A stretch of DNA of 63,896 nt, counting the filler, from Lenisia limosa (lineage: Eukaryota; Protista; Breviatea), in assembly GCA_001655205.1 (NCBI GenBank). It is 10 parts of 10 records of this genome, joined end to end, with 100 filler letters (N's around TTAATTAATTAA, not from the genome) between each part and the next. Parts side by side here need not be neighbours in the genome. Positions count along the whole stretch, not along the records: positions 28,241 to 54,309 come from LPNZ01008640.1; 9 more parts are not named here. One strand, 5' to 3'. Below, piece by piece: positions 39,701 through 54,021 of this stretch. Under the pieces are notes generated by a model. That model worked only from the letters and a program-made list of their open reading frames with translations, was not told the DNA's origin and did not search any database. Each line of letters begins with the position of its first letter. Position 1 is the first letter of the stretch. The position numbers were made by a program, and so were the translations under genes.

Positions 39701-41018
39701 GATTCTTCTTCTGACGCGTACAGTTGACAGCTGCTCGCACCCCTGCTACGAGGGTGTCAACTCTGCATCGTCCATGACTAATGGTGACATGTGCTCGGAC
39801 ACCACCATGACTCCCACAATGTTTACTTGCTCAGCTCCTGATGCCTGCTCTTCCTGTATGCTTGTCTCACGTGCCAAAGCTCCTGTCATTTCCTCATATT
39901 TCTAGCCGCCCCTAAGGGCTGTGACGTCTGTGCCGGCACCGACATGACCATCACCAATGACGTGCTCAAGAACTACATGTACGCCAACTAAGCTTTCAAT
40001 GAAAAGAAATGAGTGTATTTTTTGGCTCATTTTGCCAGGAATTACGGGCCTGATAGCTGCCTCAACCAGTACACCAAGCAGCAGTATGCGAGACAGCGTT
40101 GCTACGTCGACCTCATGTACGGCGACTGGATGATTGATGACGCCGATACTGCCGTGGGGAGGGCTCTCAAGCCAGTTGACATAATCCGAAAAATCAGGGG
40201 GCGTAACTCCTAGGACACAAGGGATATATGTATGTACACTTGCTTATTCCTCCATCTGACAATCCAGGCCCAAGTTGCTACCCCCTCCCCCGTTGTTATT
40301 GCCCCTGTGGTTTGTGGCGACCCTCGCTTTTGCTTCTTTTGGCTATTCAGCCGCCACCCCTTGACTCTGCCAGGTTTACGACAAGGACACCCATTATCTG
40401 GTAGCATGGCATCGCTCTATCTACGAGCCCTCCGGAACCAAGTAAGCCCTTGCTCTTAACAGGGAATACTAAAGGACCGTGCCACTCGTTACACCGCTAA
40501 CTCCCAGATACGAGGTGACCCGTACCCCGGCCTTCTCCTCTGCTGTCGTTGTTGAGGCTCCTTCCGCCGCCAACGGTACGCGGCTTCAAAGAATCATTTC
40601 TATGTTTATCAAGGTTTTATCGACCAACAAGTGGTATTATATCATCATATACGATGTCACTCTTGCCCCCCTCCCCTCACACCGCAGCCGCAGTGACGTA
40701 TTCCGACTCCGATCGTCAAGAGGGCGCCAAATACACGTGAGTTGAGATTTGTCATAGCCTAAACTGGATCGGTCCTAAATAACCGCTTATTTCCCAAAAT
40801 CCCCCCTTCCATAACCAGCCTAGTATTACCGCCTTTGTTGGGTCGAATAAGGCCTCTCCGTCCCCGGATTCCCTGGATGTTGTCGTGTCCCCCGCTTCTG
40901 TCCCGTGAGCAAGGGTCCTGATATCTTGATGATGATAATACCAACAGTTGATTTGAACTGATTGTGTAGCATGGTCGCTTTCACTGCTCTGGTTACCCTT
41001 ATTGCCCTACTCTTCTAA
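36774..41018 (+). CDS. PAPPA: Pappalysin (PAPP-A)-like M43 zinc metalloprotease with signal peptide, LNR module and hydrophobic C-terminus
   Basis: MKVLLFAFLALLGVAFAQE signal; IPACGEDVCDVPELIEGY; LNR CAPACTSGMTSNGVCDEACNIKEHNYDGGECC; CRDPSSSNR; LGYATFPWSNDLLGGVFM; zinc motif HE|IGHCFGLYHVFHG; GDMCSDT; Met-turn NYM; YTKQQYARQRCYVDLMYGDW; terminal MVAFTALVTLIALLF* (TAA 41016-41018). Confidence 0.88.
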
Positions 41019-41350
41019 ATCCTTTGATACATAAATTTTGGTTTAAACTGTTTTTTGATACTTATTGCGATCGGGAAATTAGGATCACGTAACGAATATG
41101 CTAGATGATTTTAATGCAGGGATGCTTGAGAAGGGAAGTATTCCAGTTCTTTAAGGGTCTACCGCAATCCAAGCTTTGCCCTATTCAAAAACCATTGAAA
41201 GTACAACACGTAAATAAGACCAGACCTGGAACCGAAACAAGACAAACACCCACATAAACTAAATCAGACAAAATAAAAAATAAAAACCAATAATAAAACC
41301 ATACCTAAATCAAGTCCATCACTTGAGTCAGAATCAACTCCCTGTCCGCC

Positions 41351-44300
41351 TCATATGTTCGTCGATCTGATGTTTGAAATTTGTTCAAAGGAATCGGAAG
41401 GGATTTTACAGACGTGATAAGTAAGAACGTTAGAGCTTATTCTAACATTCATCACATCCCACCTTTGGAAACTGGGGCGAACTCCTGGAGGAAAGTGTGG
41501 ACAACTTGCCAGCTCTTGTTGCCCTATTGCGTAAAAAGTCACATCAATGTGCAATACTGTGAAAGAGTCAGAACTACCCCCCACTAAATCAGTATTGATA
41601 ACATGACCAGAAGGGGGGTCTTCACCCTGGTTTGCCTGCCTCCTTCTCATGACATGACTTATCTCGTATATGGGGGTGAAGCGGTCCATGGCAGCAAGTG
41701 AAAGCGGCACTCGTCCTGTCAACCGTAAGCGAACATCGGGTGGGAATGATGCGTGTTTCATGCATATGTACAAGAGTAAGTTGATTTTTGGTAACACATA
41801 ATTGCCTTTTCCTCTCACCTGTCTCACTAAACTCCTGCCCGTACATGCCGTCCAGGATTAGCAACGCATCCATGCTGGAGTGGCCAAGTTGGTCCTGAAG
41901 GGGTATGAGAATTGCTACAAAGCAAGGGTAAACCCCAATACGAGGAAAGACAATACCCTCTTTTTATTAATGACAAGCATACTACCAAATGGTCGTGGGA
42001 TCGAACAGGGAAATGTGCCTTGCGGAGGACAATCGCTGCCAGTCGCCTGAGCAAATACTGCAAGGTCAATATGGGGCTTTGAGCAGAATCAATGCGATCC
42101 CTACCATTTGGGAGAAGTTTTGAACCTCGGAGTGAGTAAAAAACGCCGTATTCAGGCACATCATCACTTCTTTGTTTTCATCGCACGACAACACTGAATC
42201 ATTATTTCCAAGTGTCGTGTTTCTGAGTGATGAGACACCCTCATACCCTCGACCAGGTTTTTCAATGCTCTTTCAGAGTAATCTGAGCTGATGACAGCAT
42301 CAATGATGTGAGGTGTCAGGCTGGGTAGTCGATGTAGCATTTCAGCTATCACGGACATGTTGGTGCTGTTTAGTATAAGAAGAAGAATTGCTGAAAAATG
42401 GGGAGACAATCAAATCAAGCCAATAATGTTGCAGTTTTGTACCCCCCCCCGACTAGTCAAAGGGAGGGGATATGAAGAGGGGGTTAGGGTGATGAATCCA
42501 TGAGGGCTGTACCTGGCTGACTAGCTCAATGCTTTGCAAACTAAACCATCAAGATAAAAAAAAACTCATAATAATATCAAAACGGATCCAATATCATGAT
42601 TTAATAAAAGGTTAGCTTATTTTGCCCCTGTTGTACAACACCCAGCAAACTCAATAATGTGAGAGAACGGGTGAATAACGTTATCCAAAACATCAGGTGG
42701 GGCGGTGACAGGCCAACAGTCGTTGCTTTTGAGGTATTGGAGCGCCAGCTGGCCGAAGGNNNNNNNNNNNNNNNNNNNNNNNNNNNNNNNNNNNNNNNNN
42801 NNNNNNNNNNNNNNNNNNNNNNNNNNNNNNNNNNNNNNNNNNNNNNNNNNNNNNNNNNNNNNNNNNNNNNNNNNNNNNNGAAAAAGCTAAGCACAATCGC
42901 AGCAGTTAGTAAGTCGAACTCTGAATTGTTAGTTACGGCCAGGCGAATCATAAGCCCAGTCCTGCCCACTTTTGAGTGTTGCCAGGAGGTGAGTAACGCA
43001 GTGGACTGGACGCTTGGGACCGAGGATGAACAGGCCGTTAAAGAGCTGACTTGCCGTAAATATTGGCGTCTGATCCTTGACAACCATCGTGAAAAGAGAC
43101 TACAACGGTCATACTAATGTAAAGGAAGCGTCTTATCATTTGGGCTTCACCACAGCCAAAAAAAACGATTACAATTGATCAAGGAAAGCCCACCACAGTC
43201 AGTTGGGAGGTAAACAGCTGACACTGGGCCGTTGTGTAGTATTCGGAACCTGAACAATAAAACCAAGGAAAAAAACACCATATTCTGCTATCTGATGTAT
43301 GATAAAACAAGTGCATATGCCATACTAACTCAACAGCACAACTTATCAGAATCTATAATCGCTCTGGATTGTGCCCCCAGCCAACAATAGAGGAATGCAA
43401 ACAGAGGGTACCCCATGAGAGCGAGGGACTCCAGCATTAGTCCATGGCCCTTGGCAAATTGAAGAATCTCAGAGAAGCCCTTGAAACGTCAGTCAAGGCA
43501 TTAATCAACAAGGGGAGGACGGAACCTCAAGATACGCTCTGATCGCCAGGGTGCCCCCACCGATTGAGCGAAACAGCACAAAACAGCGCGCATGAAGTCC
43601 GGTGGCGTGGATCGGAAGATCTCTTCAAACAGTCGATTGGCCTCCACGTTGTCCAACAGGTTGGCTCGGAGAATAGGGGATGGAATCTTGGGGGGGGGGG
43701 GNNNNNNNNNNNNNNNNNNNNNNNNNNNNNNNNNNNNNNNNNNNNNNNNNNNNNNNNNNNNNTTGTTCTTTACAGAACAACTATGCCCAAGATTGAAGGC
43801 TCGAATCAGTGACACTACCAGGATGAACAACCCACCATTGCCAGGATGAACGAGGTTGGTGGCTCACATGGGGCAATCCAATTCAGGAGCCTGATGGTAA
43901 AAGGGAAATTAATGAAAACAAAAAAAAAACTCCATTCACGCATCTGGGTAACAGGTAATGTACATTCAGCCCACGCACCCGGTTTTCGGATTAATAGTGA
44001 CAGAAGGACCGAGTTTGAGAGTCTGAGGGAAACTGGCAGTACTTGCGTAGGCTGGGGGGGGGGGGGNNNNNNNNNNNNNNNNNNNNNNNNNNNNNNNNNN
44101 NNNNNNNNNNNNNNNNNNNNNNNNNNNNNNNNNNNNNNNNNNNNNNNNNTGCAAACCTATGCTTACAAACTCCTTCGGAACCAATAGGGTGAGGAGAGCG
44201 GAGGACGCGCTAAATGTATCAGAACTGTCAACCCAATCAATATTAAGCCGTCAAAACTCAAACCACGAGTGAGAAAATGAACAATTCATAATAGGAAAAT

Positions 44301-47300
44301 AAACAATTTGTATGATGTTTGTTATGGACATGACATACAAATACGACAATGATCGAGGAAAGGTATACCTTGAAAGAGGTGGGAGAGGAGTGGAATGAAG
44401 AAGCTCAGGTGTGGCCAGAGATACCACGTGGAGGATAATGGGGGAGGCGAGTGACAGATGCAGCCCTGACAGAAGATTGGACAGCATTGTGGGTTCAACT
44501 GCAGTGTCATTTTGAAAGGGGGCTTACTGTACTGCTTGAGACAGATTTGGAGTAGTTCATTGGTCAATTTCTTCAGTAATATCAAGCCATTGTGAAACTG
44601 AAAGAGTGAATGATCCACATTTTAGTTAGTACTTTGGCTAGTACCCCCCCCCCCTTCCCACATTCTGGTTAGTACTAGCCATTTTGGCTGCCTGTTTGAG
44701 GGTGTCTGGAGAAGACATCAAACAATGCACCTGCTGTGTGAAACAAAAAACGATCAGTATCCAGCTGAGCCCACTGACCGTGGCGTCAAGGTTGTGTGTT
44801 ATCTTCAAAAGCGCTATTTCGGCACAAAATAGCTGCTCGGAGAATTGGACAATGAAATGCGATTCAAAGTGGAAGCACGCAGCGTTACTGTCACAATCTG
44901 GGTCACTAAGCTGTTAGAAATGCCCACTGTATCAGACTTGGACAGAGAATTGACCTGGGCTTACTCAATGACCGCAATGGCTTCAGCCAAAGGAAGATCC
45001 TCCTCAACTAAACTGTGAAAGAAGCCGTATGGTATATCGCTAATTCGTAGATCAACCGCAAATGCAGCGCCATGAAGGATCCGAGGTAACTCACATGACA
45101 TGAACTGGGGTGCATTATCACTTGAGGGATGGATTACACGGTTCGAGAATGAGCAGTAACGTGGAAGTTCGTCCTCCTCAAAGAGTCCCGTGTCACAATA
45201 ATGATTCTAAGGTGTAATTCCGTGCACAGTGGCAGAAAGACTAACCACCAAATGGATTTGCAGCGCCTGGGATGAGCAGTTGATGCAATGAAGCCATCGA
45301 GAGAGAAGGGCTAGGTTATTAGCTTTATCATGCAGCAGTGGTAGTCATGATAGACCTCCACTTACAGTAGAAGATTGGGTGAATAGTTGGAAGTCTTGCT
45401 ATGAAGCGTGGAATTGTGGTTAACGCCCTATGGGGGTTACAATCTCATCTCCTGAGTGAGGGAGGTGAAGGCATGGGTATGGGAACAACTCCCACTTGGT
45501 AGGGAGTTGATCGATGGCGAAGGCAAATTCGGGCGGTATAAATACTTCCTGCAGAAGTTAGTTTCTGCTATGGAAGGAGAGACATTCATACCTTGGTGTC
45601 AATGGGCTCCATGCTCCTCAACTTCTCCAATTGGGACACAACCTGAAGGGTCAAGTATCGATGCACTGTCCTCACCCATTGCCCCACAAACACTAGGCAA
45701 GAGACCATTGAGCTTCTTATAGCTGCAACCTGGGAACATGAGATAGTGTCCAACACTGGTCTCAATCTCAACCGCATTTGGTAGACAGAACATTCGATAC
45801 AGTAGCTGCGTAGTTAAAAAGACAATGATAAGGTCCAAAAACAGGAGAATTGAAAACTCCACTCATGGCTAAACATTTACACACCATCCTACCGAGAGCC
45901 TTTGAAGGTACTCGAGTGAATACAGCGACTCAAGCGTCTTCAGCATGTCTAATGCGAGGTAAATGCGGTCATGAGGGGTGCTTAAAATAAATCAGCCATC
46001 TACACGAACCAAGACAAGTATCAACAACCAACCAAGCATCAACTCAGGGGAGGCTGCCTTGAAAACGAATCGAATAGTAGATGCGGTGAGATGGTGGCCT
46101 CCCTGAAGACCGTAAGAAGGAAAAGAGCGAGCTGACGAGACACCCCAAGTTACAATACTCTCCTTTGAACAGTCGTGGTAGCTTTGGCCGATGTAGGGGT
46201 GCAGCTTCTCCGGATAAGTCGCGTTGACTATCAGAATAATAGTTACCCAGTCCGAGTACGTGGGCCCTGCAGATGGTCAGAGAAGCGGTTTTTATACACA
46301 TATTTCAATATTTATCAAGGACTTGTCGATATGTTCCAATTCCATAAACACCAAAAAGAGCCTCACAAAGCCAACCAATGGTCTCGAAAAATTCGTTAGT
46401 TCGGACTGACGCGATCAAACCGAGGTTTTGCTCCTCCTCAGAGAGCTGTACAATGAGTTCGAACGTTAGAGGTTGCAGACAAAGAAACATATAATATGGT
46501 ATTACGTACGAAGATGATATGATTCCTCAGAGTACAACCATTTGCCTTCGTGCCTACCGCGCCGACAACGCTGGCCATCTTCAGCGGGATTACCAGCGGC
46601 GACCACAGCGGCAAATACTGCGTGTACACCTGGGGGCTGACGTGTCAAAAAAGGACGAAAAGAACCTTCAGCGACACGGATCCAAACACCCAACCAACAG
46701 AGAGTCAGCCAACGAGAACAGCGTGGCGAAGTCAAGGGACGATACGATGGACTCAATTTGCGATGGGTCAAGACGGCAACAAAAGGACGAGCCTATAATG
46801 TCAGTCATAACCTTACTATGACACAAGTAGTTTGACAGGCTGCATACTAATGATAGAGCCCAAGCTGCCGAATTTGCCTCGACTTGCCAAATGCGGAACA
46901 AGCAAACTAATGTGATCGTTCAGATCCTCGTCAGACATCCTGGGGCATGATATCATACCAATAACAAAGAGATTTCGGGTAGATAAACCAACTTTTCCAA
47001 GTCCTCGCGCATTTCCTGAGCGCTATTGACTTGGGTGATTTGTTGGCTGAAATCACGGTCGTCGAAAACGGACGAACCACTACACCATCATTTTCATTAA
47101 ATGTTGCCTATTGAGAAAAATCCCGTATAAACGCCGTTGATACCTTCGGTGCCCCCTGGAGTACTCGCTGCAATTCGATGACACTTCGCTGGCTGTCCTA
47201 TTTCGACTTCGACCGGATGATGAGATCGACCCTCCGGGAGACAGTGGCGGGGTCAGGCCGACAACGCTGATGGTCAGAGGGAATCTGATGCACACGAATC

Positions 47301-50300
47301 CACTGCCTATTCATAGCCTGACTTGGGCGAACCTTGCCAAACTGGATTCTGCCAGATTCTGCTGTGTCAGCGGCACAGCAAATGCCATTTTAGCAGTAGC
47401 CGTGGTTTCGTCATCAGAGCTAGCCAGGATCGAAGATAGAGACGATGCTGAGGACATGGACATGATGTCCTCAGCCTCGTCAAGACCCACATTGAGCCCG
47501 TCAAGCTTCTGGCAGAAGTCGCCGTCGTCGTCATCGGAATAATCATGGCTCGTAGGCGTCAGTTTGATGTTGTCGGAAACTTCAGGTTCGGAGGTAAACA
47601 TGAGTTGGGGGGAGATCAAGTCACTGTTAAATGGCTCAATGTCAGAAATAGACTCCGATCCTGAAGGGTGAGTGAGACCTTCCAAAAGGACTGTTAGACA
47701 GAAAGCGACAAGTCCGACCTGAGTTGTCTTCCTCGGATATGACAGCGTCTGAATAGTAAGTTTGTGAGTGGGCTAATCTATTCATAAAAGTAGTGGGTAA
47801 GCCTCGGATTATATACCACTGAAACACCCATCTACAAACAGAAGATGTGAATACCGGCAACAGCAAGGAAAACCACCCACCAAGCTGACTAGCAACAAGT
47901 ACTGGTGGTGCACTGAGTGGCGAAGGTCGTACTGACACTGGGGGGGGGGGGNNNNNNNNNNNNNNNNNNNNNNNNNNNNNNNNNNNNNNNNNNNNNNNNN
48001 NNNNNNNNNNNNNNNNNNNNNNNNNNNNNNNNNNNNNATTGGGACGAGCTTTATTATCAACATTGTGACTCGAGCTTGGGACTCGAGCTTTATTATCAAC
48101 ATTGGGAATACCTGTTGGTGGCGGTGCAGGGCGTACACAGTCTGAGGAGAGCTCAAAAAGCTTTCTCCACCCTGACTACTGTGAGTTGTATCATTAATTG
48201 ATGAGTGGGACTGAACCAGATGGTCTTCCCCTGGCTTACGCGGGTTTCTGACAAGGTCTTCTGCAGACTTGGTTGCTGAGGCTTCCCATGAGCGAAGACT
48301 CTGTCAACATTATTAATGTCAAAGAGGATCATATATTACATATGTTCCATTGATGACACGACGCTGGTTTTTTGAACCCGACAGAATAACAAATATTTCA
48401 GCATAGCTTACTTTTGCTGACTCCCTGATACATGCCCAAGCCTCCTGCGCAAGTGTCGTTGTGGCGCTGGTGGGCTCCTTAGGGGTGAAATGAAAAGGGA
48501 GCTGAGAATTCACCAATAAGGGGTGAAATGAAAAGTTCGAACAATATGATTTGAACTGACATTCATTGCATCAGCAAGACGTTTCTGCACAGGATGTCCA
48601 AGTTGCTCCCCAATGAATTGCAGAACTGTCAGGTGAATAGACGCAGTAAGTAAAAAAAACAGCAAAGATAATTTTTGTGTATGAAATGGTATTAATGCCC
48701 TTTGGTGTTTTACTTTGCTTTATCCCTCAGTACTCTCATTTGGGATAATGGCTGATCTCTCATGGTGCGTCAGGGCACTTAGATAGTACTCAGCTGCAGT
48801 AAAGGATTCCTAAATCGTAATGGACGGGACGATGGAGAAGCTCACAACCAATGCCACACCCACATCGATATTGACATCAACAGCCACAACAATCTCGTCA
48901 AAGAACCGCTTTGATAATGCTCCGTTTTCAAGGCTTGGCGAAATTCCAATTCTTGAGAAGTTACAAGGACATTAAAGAAATGACAAGGTGATTCTTATCT
49001 ATTATACCCGATACTAACTCGAAAGCTATCGCCGCCATCAAGGGTTTGTTGTATTGGATGATGCTTCTAAAAGGTCATGAACATTGAAACAGCAACAACC
49101 AACCGAGCAAGCCAGTCAGTGATTGGGAGTTCAGCCATGTTGGAAAACCGCTTCTTCGGATGAAGCTTCGACAGTTTCGGCATGAGCTTGCAGCCGAATA
49201 TGCACATTCCTAAATTTCATAAGTTAACCACACAAACGCACCGTAGATCCAGTTGTACTGGACAATGAACCCTGCGAGTGATTGAGCTTTACAAGGGAGA
49301 AGACTCGGCATCAGGTTTGCAAGGTTGGGCATGACATTAANNNNNNNNNNNNNNNNNNNNNNNNNNNNNNNNNNNNNNNNNNNNNNNNNNNNNNNNNNNN
49401 NNNNNNNNNNNNNNNNNNNNNNNNNNNNNNNNNNTCCCATAGGGGAAGAGCAATAGCTTGAGTTCATCCATAAAAGATGTCCTACCTGAGAGCTGAGAGA
49501 TAAGGCTCCACTTCTTGAACTGTGCAGTATTCATCCAAGGTGTCTCTCTAGTATGTGAACAATTTCCCATCACTCAGACCACTTCGGCTTGATTTCCTGG
49601 GTCCCCATATCACAATTATAGCAATTCTTTGGACATTCCTCGTACCTCCTTCTGTCTCAGTAGGACACTCTCCAAGCAAGTTGTTGCTGCAGCCAGCACG
49701 TAGCCTTGTACACTGGAACGGAACATCGGGCTGATGGCTGGGTTTGGGGCCTCGCTGTTGTCATACGGGCTAGGGTATGAGGATGGTATGGATTCCTCCT
49801 CCAAATAATCTTGCTATTGCTCACGTGAAGTACTCTGGAGAATAGTCCTCATCATCAACAACATGTGTGGCGTAGGGCTGGCCCAAGTACGTCTGCAAAA
49901 GTAAACGAGCAGCACTATTTATCCAGACGGTTTTTTCCAGGTATGCAATTCTTTTGAAACCGGATATGAATCATGGATAAGGGAGCTGTAACAAACCTCA
50001 ATGGGGAGAATGAAAGAGGGGTCACCAGTCAACGTAAGGAGGTAAACGATCAAAGCAATGGTTCGGAACAGTTCGTCCTCGTGAACCGGGAGATCAAAGT
50101 CCGTACCTGCTTTATCAGACTCGTAGCAAATCGTACATATACCATACCAGTTGAGCCTCGTACCCAATTCCCACCATCATCAATACCAGCTTGCTTCATT
50201 TTCCTTCTTTTGAAGTACATCACAAGAAGGCTGTCGATATACGAAGACGCCTGTACAAGGAACTGAAGCGTCCGTGTTTGGATTACTGCAGAAAATCATA

Positions 50301-53300
50301 TGACAGTTATTCATCAAAACACAACACAACCCAGCATATTGCCTTCGTGGTCTCACCCATCGATCCGTCGCCAATCTTGAAGTGCTTGAAGAGACTCTCC
50401 ACTGCAATTCGAAGATGGATGAAGGGAGAAACATCTCCTACAAAGTCAGCTCTATTTTTCAAAATATACAACATAATCCATCAATCAGCAAAAGCTACAA
50501 ACCATATGATGTCGGTTTAGCTGCCTTGAGCGCTTCAAGAGAACACAGAAGTTGGGGGATGGGCATTAGGGATGCTAAACAAACACTAGCAAAATCCAGA
50601 CCCCGAGACGCGGTGATTTTACGAGCCTTGGAAAAGAGAATCTGGGAGGGGGGGGGGGGNNNNNNNNNNNNNNNNNNNNNNNNNNNNNNNNNNNNNNNNN
50701 NNNNNNNNNNNNNNNNNNNNNNNNNNNNNNNNNNNNNNNNNNNNCACATGACTAGTTAGATCTCTGACTACTCTGTGTAATTATAGTACACAGGCTAGTT
50801 AGATCTCTGACTACTCTGTGTAATTACAGTACACATGGCTAGTTAGATCTCTAAGACCTCCATGGGGTATCAAGAAGAGCGCATGGACTTACAGAGAAGA
50901 ACTGGAGGAGAGCCGCGCATCCTTGCATATTGTGGCGCAATGCGTACAAGCTGACGTCAAATAACGACATATAACCAAAACTGGAGGGGGAAATGAGATG
51001 AGTAGAAATCCAAGATGTTTGAAGCATTATCTGGGGGCGAATCTTTATAACAATGTACAATATGAGAACAACAATGGATATATCAGTTGGCTTACGGAGT
51101 GTTTATCTCTACGAAACCCGAGACGTTGTGGATCAGAAGCGAGTTGACAAAACCAACATCAGTAAACATTGGGTGGGGCTGAAGATAAGATCAATAACCT
51201 GGTTCGGCCTACCTTTACTGACGAATTGAACGGTGTGAGTTGTTGTTGTGTGTTAATAAAGTGCTCCCCTAGGTCCGCCTATCTTGTCATTATCTCTTCA
51301 GCAAGGCCGTACAGCTTCAAAAAAACGGAAATTTCTGGATAAATCCTCGGTAAATATCGATATATTGGTATTTTCTCGGACCACAGTGAACGCATTCAAT
51401 CATTCACCCACATTGTTCTCAAACCCAGCCTTGAGCTCAGTCAGAAACTTCGGTGAAGCTGCCAGCACCTGATGGTCAATGGTTGATGGAATAGAATACC
51501 AAAGAAACATGTATCTAGTAAGCCATCAACACCATCCATAATAATAGAACAGGGAAATCTATCCCACCGCCTATTTCAAGTTATAATCCCGGATTATCCT
51601 TGTCATAATGTGAGAGACTTTTCCAAAAAGGAAAACAGTCTGCTAAAAAAGATCCATACCTCAATCCATTGACTGTTTCTGCCTTTTGCAGCGTGAACAA
51701 GCCAAAGGGGAGTGATGACAGCCGCAATGCTGTGCGTCTGAAGGATCAGAGGGTAACACTAGCCCGAGGAATACTTGTGGAATATCAGGGAGTCAAGTCA
51801 TAAAACCTAGTAAAATTGCATCACAAACCGATGGTCGGCACCAATCATTGATGAACATATGCGACCTGAGTGATGAACAAGAAGAGTTATGCCGAAATAC
51901 GAGTCAGATTAACATGGGCTCACTTGAATATTGAAGCACACAAGAAGGCCGTTTCTATTGAGACAACTACTCCATAGGGGTGGTATCGACCTGGTTGCAG
52001 TAAGTTGTCCCATTGAAAGCCTTGATAGCCCCCTCCTGTTGAAAGCCTTGCTGACCTGCTGAGGTTCCGAGGTCCAATGGGACGGTGTCGGCGTTATATG
52101 ACGTATCGGGAAGGCCGATACTCAGTGTCGACGTGAAGACAGCCATGCAGAGATGGTAGAACGCAGTAACTGCCGAAAATAAAGAGGAGGATGGAAGCGG
52201 ATCCAAAAGAAAAGTCCTGGGAACCGAACGTACCGGAAAGTGAAACTGGTGGGTGGATGTTGTTGCTGTTCAAATTGGCCAGAAGAAGCTTGGTCATTGG
52301 TTCTAAAGTGTTAGGTTTTATTTGGAAAGAAAGCCATGAGATTTGTTATTTCCAGAGTTTTGTTTGGAAAAGGAACTCAAGGATTTAATAGATTACAAAT
52401 ATTGTCAACAAACCTCCAAATAAGAGACAGGCAAGGTGGGCAGAAAAGTGCAAGGCCGAAAGGTGGATAGGATGTGTACAAAAGTTCTTATTTTGACAGA
52501 GCCTGATGAATTCATAAAAGAGACTTAAATTACCCCGTTGAACATTATTTTCAATAAAAGCACAGAAAAGACATATCCCAACGTACTGGTCCTGAAATAC
52601 AGGGAACATGCCCCAAATCACAATGTAGGGAAGAACTCGAAGGATCAAAAACTAAAAGAGTAAATAATAAATAAATATCACATCAACATATCGACATCAG
52701 TAAACAACAACCTTCAAAATATTAAAGAAAGGGATATACCAAGGCTTGCAATCTACCAGCACCACCAGACCATTTCAATTTCTTCATCCTCACTAAATTG
52801 AAGTACTTTATCCAGCATCAAGGCAATGATTTCAGGCTCTAGGAAGTCAGCGGACAATGCCCACTAACAATGGAACAAACAGCTTACTCTTTTGTGTTTT
52901 GGTGGCGGCAAATGCCAGGTTAATTAACATGCTGTGGTGGGGTGGAAACCTCAGCATTCGTTCAATGAGATGGGGAAAGTCTGATCTCCACGACTCAAAT
53001 GCCTGTCGCTGGGGAGATGGGGGAGTAAAATGAAGGAAACTTCGACGAAGAATACTGCAGTAAAGTTGATGGTATGGCAAAACGTGCTGCAACAAGCGGA
53101 AAAAGAAAAACAACAAATTCCAATAAGGAAATTGTTTTGCTCATGAGCAGCCCCAATAAAAAAAGCATAAGCAGCCCACCAGTCGGACAGCGTCTGGATC
53201 GGAGGCAAACCGTTTCTCAAGACTTGGCATCCGACCTAAACCGTGACAGTTGTCAAAAAAACTAAAACAATACAAACTCCAGGCTTTGCTGTGTGAAGAC

Positions 53301-53592
53301 TATTGCACCTTAGAATGACCTGGGACCCACTTTCATTGATTTGCTGCAAAAGCCGTTGGAAGAACTCAGGAACAAAGCGGTCCCAGCAATCTGGGGACAT
53401 TGCCAGGTACCACAGCTCCTCAAGATCGGTACTATCATCCTCTTCTGCTCCCTTTAATTCATTGTCAATGTAGACCTGTCGGGAAAATGGCTCCACAACC
53501 TTCTTCTTTCTTCGTTTGCGAGTTTTGGCAAGAGGTGGTGGAGGGGAGGCCGCCAACCCCGGCTTTGCCGATTTAGCTTTTTTTCTTACCAT
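41351..53592 (-). CDS. Very large multi-exon gene (or two genes), probably an alpha-helical solenoid/scaffold, unidentified
   Basis: Starts MVRKKAKSAKPGLAASPPPPLAKTRKRRKKK (ATG 53592). Dozens of Leu-rich exons separated by short introns, with a central Ser/Asp-rich exon at ~47300-47690. No catalytic motif seen; the 3' end may extend to ~41100. Confidence 0.5.
50746..50852. repeat. ~47-bp tandem repeat x~2.3
   Basis: ctagttagatctctgactactctgtgtaatta(t/c)agtacaca repeated. Confidence 0.85.
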
Positions 53593-54021
53593 AATAAATA
53601 TTTTACTGTTCCATCATAGTACAAAGAGGAAGAGAGAAGACAGAAGAGATCGGAGGAAGAAGAATCTTTACACTAGTTACATGTGTAGCGCTTAAGGATT
53701 TTCCTGTTTTTTCCGTCCCTCTAATCCATATTACAGCCAATGTAAGCTGTGTTTATAGAGACACATGGGGTTTCATGATCTATCTGCGCTTTTTTTTTTC
53801 TTTTGGGTTTCATATTTGCTTCCAAACGGATTGTTGACCATTTTTGACACATTTTAGAGAGTTTTGGGAGCTTTTTGGGAACTGAAGGTGGGGAACACTT
53901 GGATTTCTTCTTTTTCTTGTCTTTGGGCACTTTCATAGCAATTGGGCTGTTATGATCTCATTTTTCTATGAATTGGGCTTCATGGCTGATACTGTCTCCT
54001 TTTATTTTGTGATCTCCTCAG

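Noticed and set aside
36774-41018. Pappalysin-like gene nested in an intron of one giant CNOT1 gene
   Set aside because: The upstream minus gene (start 53592) lacks NOT1 motifs, and the plus-strand MUN gene plus a linker lie between it and the CNOT1 fragment.
41351-53592. Huntingtin, INTS1 or URB1 assignment for the large gene
   Set aside because: Only isolated weak resemblances (e.g. TKLLLANLNSNN), with no colinear set of motifs.
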